Notes: generated by a model not told the origin, from the letters alone. Positions 36,750 to 51,048 are shown, counted from the first letter of the whole stretch. The stretch: DNA of 62,935 nt, filler included, from Reticulomyxa filosa (GCA_000512085.1; 21 parts of 21 records of this genome joined end to end with filler, not necessarily neighbours in it); one strand, 5' to 3'. Numbers and translations are program-made.

Positions 36750-37520
36750 CAGCACACATCATTTAATCTGATTTTGAAACCAAACACACTTTGTTGCTTG
36801 TTTTCGGTCATCGAATAGCAGCATTTACTTCTTTTCTGGTGATATTTCCACGATAGTTGAGCATGATAGACAAATATCTATTATCGACAGGATCAAATGA
36901 ATCATAATGGACCGGAAAACTGGTAGGATTTAAACATTTTTTACACATCATTGGGGACTGTGGTCACATCCGTTTTTGAGACATTGAACTCATTCTCGTG
37001 ATCATAAACTGATCAGACTCGCTTGCAACTCATTCAAACTATTGTGCAATTCTCTATCGAGTCGAAGGAGTATAGTCATTGATAATATTGCTTTTGCAAC
37101 CAATCGATTTATATTGTTTACATCAGGTTTTGCGATATGCATATTCATTTGGCACATATTACAGATAGTTTTATTATCAAATACCAACGTGATGTCGTCG
37201 TAGCAAAACAACGAAGACACTGCTAATAGCACATTGTAAGGCCAAACTATCGATGTCGATAATATATTAATCGATATGTCGAATACCCTATTTTTGATTT
37301 TTTCTTGTAATCCATGTATATTCGCATCAACATAAATCCTATTACTTGTCACAAGTGCCTACCAATTTTTGCAACTTTGATTTTTATTTACATCGTGATG
37401 AAATAGTGTGCAAAGATGCCTCCAGTACATCCGTTTTCTGATTACAAAGAATCGATATTAAACAATGATCCAAGTGATCAAGATTTCACATCACCAATCA
37501 CATTTGGTCCCAAAGCTATC
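36750..37520 (-). pseudogene. Highly degenerate alpha-tubulin pseudogene
   Basis: VWPYNVLLA...LVFDNKTICNMCQ....KPD..NINRLVAKAILSMT..LR...L...LNELQ.SL and FDPVDNRYLSIMLNYRGNITRKEVNAAI align to alpha-tubulin; many stops and shifts. Confidence 0.8.
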
Positions 37521-38199
37521 TGCTTTTTTGTTCAAATATATTGCATATATGCGTATGTGTGTGTTTTTTATTATACTAATAAATAAAATGAGATCATGTT
37601 CTAAACTGCAAGATTTCTTGCAATTTTTTTGTTTCACTAACCAAACAAAAACGTTCACATAAAATACTTATTGTCTTTTTTTTTTTGAAAGGGTCATTTT
37701 TAAAAACTTCAGCAACATCAACAATATTGTTAATCAAATACAACAAAAAAATCTCCTGAAAGACAAACTGAACAAAATCAGTCTCTTATTATGCACTTTC
37801 ANNNNNNNNNNNNNNNNNNNNNNNNNNNNNNNNNNNNNNNNNNNNTTAATTAATTAANNNNNNNNNNNNNNNNNNNNNNNNNNNNNNNNNNNNNNNNNNN
37901 NCACAGCCTCTCTTAAGTTTAACTTAAGTACGAACATAAAAGACAAGAAAATAAAAAAGGAACTAGACCCTTTTTAGAAATCCGTTCGCTAATATGTTCA
38001 GAATAAAGCAAATAAAGTAAATTTTATAATATTTTTAAGACATTGTTTTGTAAAAAAAATTTTATTGAAGTTTTTTGTACACTTAAACAAGTGTTTCTAA
38101 AATTAAAAAAAAACTAAGAGCATGATACCTTCTGTTCATTTCAAGAACAAATTGATGTTATCATGTCGTTTTGAGAACATTGTCAAATCATGAACATGA

Positions 38200-41100
38200 A
38201 CTCTTCTTGCACAAATGGATACTCATGTGGCAACGAAAACACCAAACCACCTTTCTTTCCAAAGCGTTAAGATTGTCAACAAGCAAGCGCAGACATCGAT
38301 CTAAAAGACTCTGAGCGAATGGAACAATTTAGCATTATCACTGAAATGAATGTCAGTGGCCACATGGTATGCATAACACATATTTCGTGATTAAAGAGTT
38401 TATATCATACTCTCCTTGAAATAATTCCATTTCAATGATACACAATATCGTCACTTCACAACAACTCGAAATGTTTTTTTTTAACGTACAGGATGGACTG
38501 AGACGTGAGTGTGTTCGAGTGGACCAACTCGTTTGGCAAACAGCACATTCATGTACTTGCTATGTACATATCGCTTCAATATCTTCGATTCATTCGTCGT
38601 GGTCCAGCTACAACATTACACTTACTCGTCGATTGGATTTATATACTCTTCACAAAAAAATGATCTTAAATGATAGTCCTGCTGGAATGCGTAAGGGGAT
38701 GACAAGTATATTTACAAGTGCTTAGAATTGTGCAGGTATCTTTTTTAAAAAGGTTTCACATCTTGTTTACTTGTCACAAATCAAAGAGCACCCAATCAAT
38801 TTTTTTGTGATGATCTCTTTTCTCATCCAATCAAAAAAAAAACACAAAACATAGTGTAAAACAATTTTAATGTGCACAATACACAAGCACATAGACATAT
38901 ATTGAAATGGCGGCACAGGTATTCGATTTTCCAAATTTCAAAACAAAAATAAAGATTGAACATTTTTGCATGACCAGCGGCCACGAATATACTTGTGCCC
39001 GCTTTTATTAGAAAGCATTAAACAATTCACTCATCCTGCTTTTTTCATTTTTGTTTTTTTTTATTGTCCGTAGCTTTAAACTAGAAGGTGTGATTAACTT
39101 GAAGAGTTGAAATGAGAAAAACACTAACTTTTGTCCACCTTGAGCTATGGCGAATGTCATAAAACAAAGTACAACAAATTATATTTTCCCGATCAACTCA
39201 GCATTTCAATAAATCGTTTGCCACAAACTTTTTTTCATCTTAAAGTGGCTTTATTGCTCATTTCGTTTGAGTGTAGGGGATCATACGGAATAGAAAATAT
39301 TGTGTGAAAAACTTTGGTCATTTCGAGTCAGCATGAAAGCATCGCTGGTGTTGATAGCAGTGCATGTATTAAATGCATTCTTAATGATATCAAATGCAAC
39401 TAATGTGAATATATTCAATTCAAGCAAGGACGTGGCGAACGAACAAATTTCACAACAATATGTTCATATTGGCAACGCCATTGAATACATTAGCAAGTTA
39501 CTATATCAACAACGTGTGGACATCGAAAACGTGGAAATGTGTGTAATGTTCACAAATCTACAATTTGGCAATCTTGTCAGCTGTGCAAATTTCAACAAGT
39601 GGTCGATGGTATTAGAAAATGAAAGTATACGTTTTCCATCGAGCAAGCTATTGATCAATACAAAACTATTCAAGAATATTTCATATATCAAAATGCAGGC
39701 AATGAATATATTCCAATCAACTTTGGTTATTTCTTCAACTTTTTTCAAATTGGCATTCAAATCATTGTCACACAGGTAAATAACATAGATAGAAAGGTCA
39801 AATGAAAAAAAAATATGTACTGAAAAAAAAGGAGAGTTACGTATAGCAAGAGATAATAAGTGAGAGAATTGATTGCATATATGATGGAATTGATTTAAAA
39901 AAAAATTTAAAAAAAACAAAAATAGTATTGTATTGGCAGCTGGCGAATTTGAAGTAATGACAAGAACGTCGCCGTCAAATGAGATGCACGAGCTATGTCC
40001 AAAATCAGAATCAAGTATAGGATTGGAGCTATCATTTGATAATTCTCTGCACAACGTTGGCTCGAACACAAAATTCAACTATCAGCACCAATTGCAAATT
40101 TACTTTTCTGGTGTCTCAATGTTCAATGTAAATGATATTCCATTTCAAATGATTGAAAACTCAGACATCAAATCAAAAATTATGTCATTGATATCCACAA
40201 TTCGCCTGCAATTCTACAATGCCGTCCAATTCTGCAATGTTAAGTTTTCTTCTTTTTTTTTAAAAAAAAACAAGCAAATAAACAAAAAAATTGGATAGAT
40301 CAAACAATAAAGCAGGAAAAAGTTGTGCGAATATGCGTCATTGGTAAGTGTACGTGGGCAAACGACGATGCTGACTTTAACACATTGCCCGACATTCTAC
40401 GATTGTCGGTACAAAATGTGAATAAAAGTCCGTCGTCATCGCCCAATTGTTAGGCTCATGCCTTTGAAGTGATTGAAGCGCTATTGGCGCAAGTGAATGA
40501 TTGGAGCATAACGCATCTGACGAACATGTCAGTCGTGATGCCCATCATCTTTGTGCAAAGAAGTGCTCATTCGGCAAAGACTTGACCTCAATTACACTTG
40601 CACATTCAACGCAATATCTGCACTTGTGGATATCTGATTATAATTTCAAATGCAATCATCTCCATACAATATCACTACTCCTCCAAACATTGCCATTATT
40701 CATCCAAACATTGACCTGTCTTAATGTCAACATTAATGTGAATGGTCCATTATGAATGCAAACAATTCCAAGTTGTTATCTAATCCAAAACGTCGACGAT
40801 ATAATGTGGCATTGCAAAGTTAACCTTTGTTTTTTTATTGTTGTTGCAATAATATCAAATTTTTTTTGTTGTGACTTGTATATAGGAATACGTAAAGAGG
40901 ACAAATACGGCCAAATTATATTTGAATTTGGAGATAGCATACAATAAATGGCACTTGCTGTGGCAATCAATATGAACGGTACATTGTAATGCTATAAACC
41001 AAAGAAAGTAAATTTTTTTTTGTTTATGCCTAACTTAAGCTGTAGATTGTGTGTATTGAAAATAGAACTTCCATTGTGATGAGAAAAAAATGAATGCGGA

Positions 41101-41400
41101 GTAGAAACTACTTCCGTCTCCGAAAGGAGAACATCAGTTTGTTTTATTATCTTTTTTTTGAATATATTTAACTATTGTATGATTTGTACTATAGGTTCCT
41201 CCGTCCGTCAACAATTGTTCCAACCTATTCACACACAAAAAATAAAAAATGAAAAATAAAATCGGGGTTGAAATCCACCCCGTCTCCAAAAGGAGTAAAA
41301 AAAGTATTCATATATTTATATTTATGTGTTTATATACTTTTATCAATAATGTGTTTGTGTTTGTGAAGAAATATAAAATAGGAATTCCCCATCCAAAGAA
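38200..41400 (+). pseudogene. Degenerate multi-exon gene, possibly a large extracellular protein
   Basis: Exon-like blocks between intron-like AT tracts, ORFs 39300-39779 and 39933-40298, Cys-rich pieces (INGTCCG, HCDEK, NECG); no family assigned. Confidence 0.3.
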
Positions 41401-41992
41401 AAAATATATATATGTACTTATCTTTATGTGATATACCTCCCTCCCTTAAAAAAAAAATTAAAGTATTTGTCACAGGAAAAGAAATTTGAAATTGTAAATA
41501 GTGTTCCAATAATCAAGTTATAAATATATTCGCCTGTCCCAAAAAATTATAAATGTAACTTTGTGTGTATGTAGATATCAGGTTCCAAAAAAAGTTCAAG
41601 ATTTTATGTTTGTTTTCTTGAAAGGGGTTTGGGGGAAAACGATGAAAAAAAGTAACAAGTTGGGAAAAAAAAATGGAATAATAAATTAGAAAAAAAAGGG
41701 GGAAGTGAATAAGAAGGAGAAGAAAAAAAAAGTATAATAAAAAAGAATAAAGTAATAGAAAAAAAGAAAAAGAAAATGGAAAATAATGGAAAAAAGAAAA
41801 TAGAAAATGTGAAAAAAAAGAAAAGAAAAATAGGTGAAAAAAAAGGAGCAGTTGCGACGAGAGCGGGACGAGTTATTGGTGAAATATGCGGANNNNNNNN
41901 NNNNNNNNNNNNNNNNNNNNNNNNNNNNNNNNNNNNTTAATTAATTAANNNNNNNNNNNNNNNNNNNNNNNNNNNNNNNNNNNNNNNNNNNN

Positions 41993-42018
41993 GCATTAGC
42001 ATTAGCATTAGCATTAGC

Positions 42019-42053
<35 letters not shown>

Positions 42054-42985
42054 CATCAGAATGATTAACATGATTAGAATGTGGTGACCTGGATGCAATG
42101 CGAGCATGCTGTTCTTCAGCCACGAGCACGTCAATATTGAGTGGTTTGGTGGTGAAGGTGAGTTGAGACATGCTAAAGTCGACATACTTCATCTCGCGAT
42201 GAAAGGCTTTGTAGCATTCCAAGAGCGGCCAGCGTTCATCAAACTTGATGAAGATGGTGCGATCAAAGTGGTAGAGCAGAAGACAGTGTTCCTGGCCACT
42301 GCGTTCGCTGAGTTCGTCAACGCAGACATCAATTTCACTGATGCGAAAGCCACCACTGGCCACACACTTGCCACCCGACGACGGCGACGACGGCGACGAC
42401 GGTGACGACGAAGATGATGATGACTTGGTCTTAGGACTAGTAATACTCTTCAGCGGCTCCTTATCAAAGTAATATAGAATGCCATTCCACACCATAAAGT
42501 AGCGATGATCCCATCCGACCATCAAGCGTGCCTTTCTTTTGTTCGCCCAGCCCAAGTGCTTGGCCTTATCAATCACATGCGGGTCCAACTCCAAGTCTTT
42601 ATCGATCAACGGGTACGGCGCTTCTGGCGACGACGTGCTCGCCAATGCTCGATAGTACTGTCCATTCTGTCGTAGCTTCTCCGTCCATTTCTTCGCCTCG
42701 TCGTACCCGTTAAACTCCAGACGCATTCCATCGTTATTGTTCGGCCCAATCGCCACAATCACAGGTCGGTTCAGCTCCGCGCTGTCGATCCAGATCGGTA
42801 TCTTCGTCAGGTCCAGACGCTGCTCGCACAGCGCGTTGCGTGCGCTGCTGTAACGCGATATCCATCGTCCATGCGTCGCTATGTACTGGTCCCTGCCACT
42901 CTGCGACTTGCTTCCGGGGTTGATCCACTTCAACACTTTGCCCCCTGCTCCATGCGGCATCGTCACCACCCAAGTCTCTATAGAT
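41993..42985 (-). CDS. Tandem PH-domain protein, internal exon
   Basis: GWANKRKARLMVGWDHRYFMVWNGILYYFD (PH strands 1-3) and an upstream PH ending RLEFNGYDEAKKWTEKLRQ. Confidence 0.8.
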
Positions 42986-43328
42986 CTAATTTTTTTTTTT
43001 TTTTTTTTTTNNNNNNNNNNNNNNNNNNNNNNNNNNNNNNNNNNNNNNNNNNNNTTAATTAATTAANNNNNNNNNNNNNNNNNNNNNNNNNNNNNNNNNN
43101 NNNNNNNNNNTTTTTTTTTTTTCTAGTCTTTGAGCATCCATGCGTTCACATCAATATAATATGCGTACACATCATATACATAAATATGTGTGAAAAGTGA
43201 GTATAAGATAAAATTAAAGGGTTTTATATAGTGTTTGATTTGGATTTGTTTTCTTTGCAATGAACAATTGTACACTGTATATTGTATTGTATTGTATTGT
43301 ATTGAATTGTAATGAGCAAAGAATTGAA

Positions 43329-44367
43329 ATGGATTGTCATTTGTGCGGCCAATGGCAGAAACGCGAGCAGAAGATGAAGAAGCTGGGTATCCACACAAGT
43401 GCAACCTACCACGCTCGTCGTTATCCCCACTCCCACAAAGAACACGATGCAAAGCCGATGGGAAAAACACACCGACACAAACGACCGTCCCGTCCGACTG
43501 TTGTTTCGGCCGTCGCAAACGGTGTGTTTACATTCACTTTTTTGTTTTGTTTTGTATACATTACGTATATATATTATGTGTGTGTGTGTGACATATTTTA
43601 AAAATATATTGAGTTATTTTGTTTTTTTTCATATCAAAAAAATTCAATAAGGAGGGCAAATGAATAGTGGTAAGTATCATGACACGCTGTTTGAACATCG
43701 CGAGAATGATAAATTCGAAAGTGATGGTTTGTCTACTTCATCATTGTCGTCGTCATCTTCGTCGTCGGAATGTTCGTTTTCTTATCGATCGAAAGGAAAT
43801 GAAAAGAAAGGAGGAGGAGGAGGAGGAGATCCGAAAAAACAGAGCTATGGGTATTGCAATGACGTCACATCACTGTCTTCCTCGTCGCTATTGTCGCTGT
43901 CCAACTCCAACTGTAGCGATTGTTCTTCGCAAACTGCTTATGTGTCCACCACCACCACCACTACCGCTTCTTCTTCTTCTTCTTCTTCTTCTTCTTCTTC
44001 TTCTTCTGCTGCTGCTGCATCTGCATCTTCGTCAGCAATGTTGTGCAATCGCAATTGCGATGACAAGAAAGCGTCGTTCGAGTGTCCCACTTCAGTCATC
44101 CATTGCTACTGCCATCGTCATCGTCATCGTCATCGCTATCATCACCATCACCATCATCATCATCATCATCATCATCATCACCAGCACAACTGGCAGTCTT
44201 TCACACGTCATCATCACGATCATCACAATTATCACAATCATCATCGGTATTGGAGAAAGGAAGAGGGAGAGAGTAACAGTCAACACGGTCAACCATGTTA
44301 TGCGAAGGAGGAAACGAACAAAGAAGGAGAAGAAGGGAAATATAACGCTGACAATAACAACAACAAC

Positions 44368-44419
<52 letters not shown>

Positions 44420-45433
44420 GTAATGTGACATGTAAGACGCAACAACAACAACAACAACAACAACATCACACATTCCAAAAATGCGATTGGTCATGTTCAA
44501 TCGATCACAAAAAAAAAAACACCGAAAAGCACGTTCTCAAACGGACATACTGCCGTCGTGCCACCCAACGCTTACTCCACCTCCAAATGCCGCTGCAAAT
44601 GCCAATGGCAATAATAGCAACACAATGGTGACAACGACAACAACCACAATGCTGACAGCCACAGCTTGTCAATCTCAATCTCAACAGTATCGTTATTCAT
44701 ATCAATATCAATCTCGATCCCAACCCAAGAAAGTGGGCAACGTCCACTTCCCCATGGCCACTGAGAAGAAGCAGTTGGACTTTGCTTCTATCTCGCAACC
44801 GATAATGGCTAGGCTCGCCAATTTGTCCAAATCCAACACCAACAACGACACTTTGGCTTATCCACAATCACCTTTGCAATTGCAGCAAAACAAAAGTAGT
44901 TGTGACAGCAAAAAAGCCTCCAACATGTCGCTCGCTTCATTGTCTTCGGTCAATGCCGCCGCTGATGGAAGCAAAAAGCGAAAGCTTTTGGTCATTCCGG
45001 ACCCTGTCTTCCCCAAAAAAGTCCCTTCTGAATGTGCACAATCGCGATGGAAACGAAAAAGACTCGAAGTCTATAAGTTAGTCATTGCCATGTTTCCTGT
45101 TCGTTTTTATTCTGTTTCAATGTTTGTCAGACTTTTTTTTTTTTTTACATGAACAAATCATCTCATTCAACTTTTCAAAAAAAAAAAAAAAGATGGGAAG
45201 AAATTAAGAAACACAACACCAAAGACTCGTGCTGGATAGTTGTAGACAATTTAGTGATGGACGTCACAAATTTCTTGAAATATCACCCTGGAAAAGAACA
45301 ATCCATTTTACGGCACGCTGGAGAAAAGTGTGACCAACACTTTCACATGCATTCGAAAAATGGTCAGAAATTATTTTACGAGTTTGTCATTGGAAGAGTA
45401 GAACAAGAAGAATCCACTTGTGTAGTCATGTAA
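43329..45433 (+). CDS. Cytochrome b5 heme-binding domain protein with long low-complexity N-terminus and C-terminal CaaX; last intron 45077-45192; start uncertain
   Basis: YK|WEEIKKHNTKDSCWIVVDNLVMDVTNFLKYHPG...AG...F.MHS...IG, ending CVVM*; upstream poly-S/H/N/Q ORFs link with one frameshift near the A run at 44510-44520. Confidence 0.85.
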
Positions 45434-47825
45434 CCAAATTGACTTATTTTGGTGTGTGATTGGTTGGTGAGCGAGCGCGTCCTTTTCTTTTTTTTTTTTG
45501 TGCTTTACGATTTCTTTTTTTTCATTTTACTTTTTGGAGAAGAAATGGGTTTGTTGATTCTTGAGCTGTTTTTTTTTTACTTTCAGGCCACTAAAAAAAA
45601 AAAAATGCTAAGTTCAAATTTTTTCAATTAATGAACAAAGAACCATTATTTTTAAATTATCATCCGGTTCGATAAAAATAGAATTATAGGTTCTTAAAAA
45701 CATTCTTAGATTTCAAAATAAATAACAGTTTTATTTCATAGAACAAAATAGGATCGCTTTTTTCCTCTTTATCTAAGTATTTTCTTTTTTATCTTGTTAA
45801 ATTATTACATTCTTTGGAAAACAAACACGTCATTTGTGCATAGATATTCTTTTAAAAAAATCGCAAAAATATTGTTTTTTATAAATAAAATGACAAACAT
45901 TTCGATTGTAAATGAAAAAAAAAAGCATGAATGCTTTTACAAGTCACAAGTTTGCGTCTTAATATTGACATATTTATTATGCTTAGTTTCATATTAACAT
46001 ATTACAATACATTCAAACTGACAAAGTTAAATTCATTTAACATTAGAATTTGCATTATATTTGTCATTATTTCAGTTAATTTGTATTTTCATATTATGTT
46101 CGTTATTTTTATTGTTCAATATTTATTCATTTTAACAAATGAAAATTAAAATATATTTATTCAATTAATTTCTTTATATTTATAATAATTTCATTTTCAT
46201 TAAAAATATATATATAATTGTCCAGGTAGTAGTCGAACATAATACTAAATAGCTTCTAAGGCCACAATAGTAGCTCAAAACATATTGACTAATCAAAATT
46301 ACACATGCGTTCCTGATCACAAACATAACAATAATTAATCAAATGTTTTATTACTTTATATTTCTTCCACAAGCTAGACAGAATCATTTTTATCATTTAA
46401 CAGTGTTAAAACTAACGTATTATATCAAATTTATTTAACATTATTTTTTTAAAAAATAAACTTTTTGTAATTAAGTATTAAATAATATATTTATTATATA
46501 AATTTTTTATTATTTATTTTTTTTATTTGTAAATAATATATATAATTTTTATAATATTTTATTTTTTTTTGAGACAAAAACAAGATAGAAAGTGAATTGT
46601 GTTTTTTTTTAAGAAAGTTTGACTTCAATGTTCTATTGGAGCTTCTATTCATAATAAAAAAAATACAATCAAATAAAAAAAAATTTGTTTTGTTTTGGCA
46701 TATTTATTGAATTATTTGTTTTTCTTTTGGTATTAAGTTTTTTATTTTTAGATGAAAAATATTCAATGGACATTTTTGAAGATATTAAAAAAAGAAAGTT
46801 GGTACACTTTGTGCTTATGAGATAGACATCACTGTTAATTTTTTAAAAATATCAAATTAAAATCATATTTAAAGATTGCATGATTATAGATATTGTGAGT
46901 TTTCTACAATCAAAATGTGAACATAAAAACAAGTAGCTTTCAAGATAATGGCAGTATTTTTCTTGCATTCAAAGAAGGAAAATGCAACTAGACATAGGTG
47001 TTGCTTCAAAATATTTAATTAATTTATAATCATTAACTATGTCAAGCGTTTCTCATCCACAACGGTTGTTAATTGCCCAAATAAGCAATTTATTTCAGCA
47101 ATGCACAAGTGGACCCAATTATGCGGACCATTTCACTCAGCTTGTGGTGAATTACTTGAGTAAAACAAAAAAGTACAGGAATGCAGTTATTTTCTTTCAG
47201 GTCTTGCGAGAAGCTAAAGAAACTTCGAAAGAAAAACTGAACATACAAAAAAAAGAAGATCATTTCACGACATAACACAAAAGTGAAATTAGTTTCTCAT
47301 TTCACCAGCATGTTTTTTATTTCGCATTTGGTTTAGAAGTATGAACCTTGCTTTCAAGTATGGATATAATTTTCGTTTCTAATAAAAAATGTGATAGCAC
47401 ATACAAGTATCATATTTTTCCAAATCCGCATTTTTTTGTTAGTGTCCTTTAAAAAAAAATGTTATGCACACACCAACAAACAGTTTTTTTTGATTTATTG
47501 ATTTAGAGGGAATTTACAAAAAAAAGAGTGATCTTTTTTTGTATAGTATCAATGCTTTTTTTTTTTCTTTTAAACAAATTTGACATAAATTGTATTATAA
47601 TTTGTAAGGTAATCTAATACATATATTTTGAAAGGAAAAAAACAAACAACAACAAAAAAAAAACATAAAAGACAAATGCGATACGTACAAAATTCCGAAG
47701 TAGGATTTGCGAACAGCAAAAAAGAACCCAAGAAAAGGGGGCCACTCAAACCGAAATAAAGAATACAAAAAGCTCAGCCAAAAAAAAAAAAAAACAACGA
47801 TATGAAAAAAAAGGGAAATTTATAT

Positions 47826-48855
47826 TTAACAAAAACAAAGAAAACGATAAACTGATTTGGAAAAAGAAAAGGATAAGAGAACAGTTGAGCAAGTAACACA
47901 GGATTCAATGTAAAACACAATCCACGTGGTCTCTTTCAAAGGAATCACTATTGCAAATACATATAACACAAATGTAGCAAAAGTACTCACTATTGATAGC
48001 CTCAGCAACTTTTCTAAGTATATTTTCAGCACTTCTTGCAATTGCTTGTTAGAAAACAGTTCACTTTTTCTCAACTGTTATTTTCATTACATACAATAAA
48101 TTGGATAGTAATGTATACGTAATGTTTTTTGTTTTTTTTTAATTGTTGTTAGTAAACAAAACTTGCTGAATGTGATAAACTAAAAAACACAATAAAGTGA
48201 TATTCCAAAACAAATGGCAAATGGAAAACAAAGCGATCAAAATAATGGATACGAGATCAGCAAAAGCACATTTATACACTTGCAAGCGTAAATTGAATGC
48301 GACAAATAGACCACCATAAGTGAGCATTGGTGCAATACCAAGGAAATACTGTTGGATCTTTGGGATTTGGTACACACTCTTTTCAAGCAAAATGGTTGCA
48401 CGGATCAAATAAAAATTAAAAAAAAATCCGTCTGCAAATACTCGAAGATACGATACGTATAACGTGCCTAAACATCCTTTCCCCGAAAAGGGGGCTATTA
48501 AGTAAAGTAGACGTTCACACGTACCACCAATACATATCAAATAATTACTTAGCACGCATAATGTCACAATCCATTTAATCCTCCTATCAATTGTGGATGC
48601 CTCGCTTTTCTCTTTTCTTATTGCTGACATGCTTGCACTTCTGTTAGCTTCTTCGATCTCAACTGCTGTTGCTAGTCGCAACTCCCTCTTGATTATTGAC
48701 TGACTCTCAACTTTTTGGCGTGGTTCGGTCCACAAGTTACGCCAGGTCACAAACAGCAAAAACAAGCAATACACACTACACACAAAACTCGTTATAACCA
48801 CCGCTAGGAAATTACTTTCAGAAGTAAAACCTGCTTTTTGTACAGTGGAGAACAT
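47826..48855 (-). CDS. Multi-pass (about 7 TM) GPCR-like membrane protein, at least two exons
   Basis: Five hydrophobic helices in 48139-48855 and two in 47826-48074, ending YRFLCFC. Confidence 0.6.
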
Positions 48856-49669
48856 TCTTTTTGAAACTTTTGCTGGTTTTCTTGGTGTGTGTGAGTTTTT
48901 TAAAATTCATCAAAAAATTTTTATTAAAAGTCCACAACAAGACGTACTTTTTTCTCTGCTTTGAATTTACGTTTTGACAAGTTAAAAGCAAAGCCTGGAG
49001 GAAATAAAAAAGTATAGTTTTCATTTTCTTCATTTTTTGGTATTGATGGATATATTCAAATCTTTCAAAATAAAAGAAAAACGAAATAAAAAATGGTTTT
49101 TGTGCTTGTGGATATTTTTTTAATTTTTTAATAGTGTTTTTTCGTATCGTTTTATATCATTTTGATATTCTTAGATCTGATTGCACTCTCTATAGCTATA
49201 TCTATTTGACCAGTAGTAATTCCCCTGAGCAAAAGGCAATATATGTGGCTTTGTTTCGATTATTTCAGCCAATGCAATAATTTTGTAACCATTAGTTGCA
49301 TTTGCACTCTTGCATGGAGACACTCATTCCATCTATTTCTTTCGGCTCTGTCCTTTGAAGTTTGAGTTGTTTTTTTTTTTTTTTAAAAAAACGAGATATT
49401 TCCTAACCCTTAAAAGAATAAGTCAAAGTAGCAAAAGACATTGTTTGTACGTGTAAACCTCTTGGCATTTGCAAGACACTAAAACTGATACAATACCACA
49501 CAAATGAAAAAAGTAATTCTCTTAAACTTTACTATCTCATCTTAACAACAATTTGTTTTGGATTTACGTTTTTTTTTTTCTGAAGCATAAAATAAAAAGA
49601 AAGTACAAACTACGAATTGAAAACTAAAAAAGTACTTTTTCAAAGAGGAGGAGAAAGAAAGAGTCTCCT

Positions 49670-50391
49670 TCATAAGAAAAGGCTAAACCAGCTACTCGAT
49701 CCTTGACAACAACTCCAAACTTTGTCAATACTTTTGTTAATTTCCTCGCAAGATTTGACAAAACCATCCAGTTTGGAAATAAAGTGTGTCAAAATTTCTT
49801 TGTTTTGAAATCTTTTCAAGAATTGCGCAAGCTCCTGTTGTTTTGCTTCGTCACTATCATTGACTTGATTCTCTTCTTTTCTTTGGATACTCACCTTCGC
49901 ACCCTTTATCACTGTTTTCAAAGCCTCTGCAAAAGTAGTGGCGTCCATTTTTTTAATGTCGAAAGTTTGTCCATTGGGGCTGTCCTCCTTGCACTCGTAG
50001 AGCTTTTGTTCTTGGGAAAATTTTTTTATGCTTTCAAAAATATCACTTTCAAATCTCAGACGTTCTTCTATCCATCATATGTAATGCATTAAGTAAAGAA
50101 GGAGAAGATAAAATATGTGTATGGGCTTAACAAAAAAACAAACAAACAAACAAACAAACAAACAAACAAACCTTCAGTACTCTGAGACGGTATCAAATAA
50201 CCTATCAACCCTCCAATGAAAAATCCTACAGCTACGCACAGGAATACCATAGGGCAGGTGCAAGGTAGACAATATGCGCCAATGAGTCCACATAATCCTC
50301 CACATAATACACCAATTACAACTTTCGGTTCATACAAGCATTCTTTCAAACACTTTGCATTTTGGCGTTGCTTTTTCAAATTATCGGCCAT
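49670..50391 (-). CDS. Hypothetical protein with Gly-rich hairpin TM segment and helical tail
   Basis: GVLCGGLCGLIG...GFFIGGLIGY exon, intron with (TTTG)n, then an exon leading into ORF 49670-49948. Confidence 0.5.
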
Positions 50392-50527
50392 TTTCTTTGC
50401 AGTTTTTCTTTTTTTTTTTTTTTTTTTNNNNNNNNNNNNNNNNNNNNNNNNNNNNNNNNNNNNNNNNNNNNTTAATTAATTAANNNNNNNNNNNNNNNNN
50501 NNNNNNNNNNNNNNNNNNNNNNNNNNN

Positions 50528-51048
50528 TTTTTAATTTAAAAAAAAAAAAATAAAATAATAATAATAATAATAAATAAACAAAACTTGTTGAAACAAAGCC
50601 TTTTCAAAACAAGGATTTTGAATAGCTTGAGTTGGGTCAAATGTTACTAATCTGGACGTTTGCAAGTCCTCAGGGGTAAAGTCTTTTGCCACAAGCTCCA
50701 ATAATTTGTGCAAGGGACGATCTTGCAGGAATACAAAAATGATTTGAATTCCACCCATGTCACTACGTTCTTCTCGTTCAGGCTCATTTCCTCAAACACT
50801 GTGTGCAAACCTTCGTCCGTCACTACCAATGGCCACTTAAACGCGTCCAATATGTCAAACAACATCTTACGTACGTCCAGAGGTTGCAGTGTCTCGTTAT
50901 TTTCGTCGATACAATACGTGTCAAATATTTTGCGAGCATTTTCTTCGGTGCAGCTATTCTTTGCCTCTTCTTCTGCAATCAAGGAGAGCAGAAAATGCAC
51001 TGGGGAGTTGATTTCAGCTGTTACGTTTTCAGATAATTGATGAGACAT
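50528..51048 (-). CDS. Protein with degenerate EF-hand pair, 3' truncated
   Basis: ARKIFDTYCIDENNETLQPLDVRKML and LHTVFEEMSLNEKNVVTWVEFKSF. Confidence 0.6.

Noticed and set aside
41640-41892. Purine-rich tail as a telomere or functional repeat
   Set aside because: No fixed unit; it looks like low-quality contig-end sequence.
43667-44500. Poly-Ile, poly-Met, poly-Tyr and poly-Leu ORFs
   Set aside because: Alternative-frame readings of (AAT)n, (CAT)n and (TCT)n microsatellites.
45650-47800. Very AT-rich interval with short ORFs such as 47039-47275
   Set aside because: No recognisable domain, RNA fold or terminal repeats found by eye.
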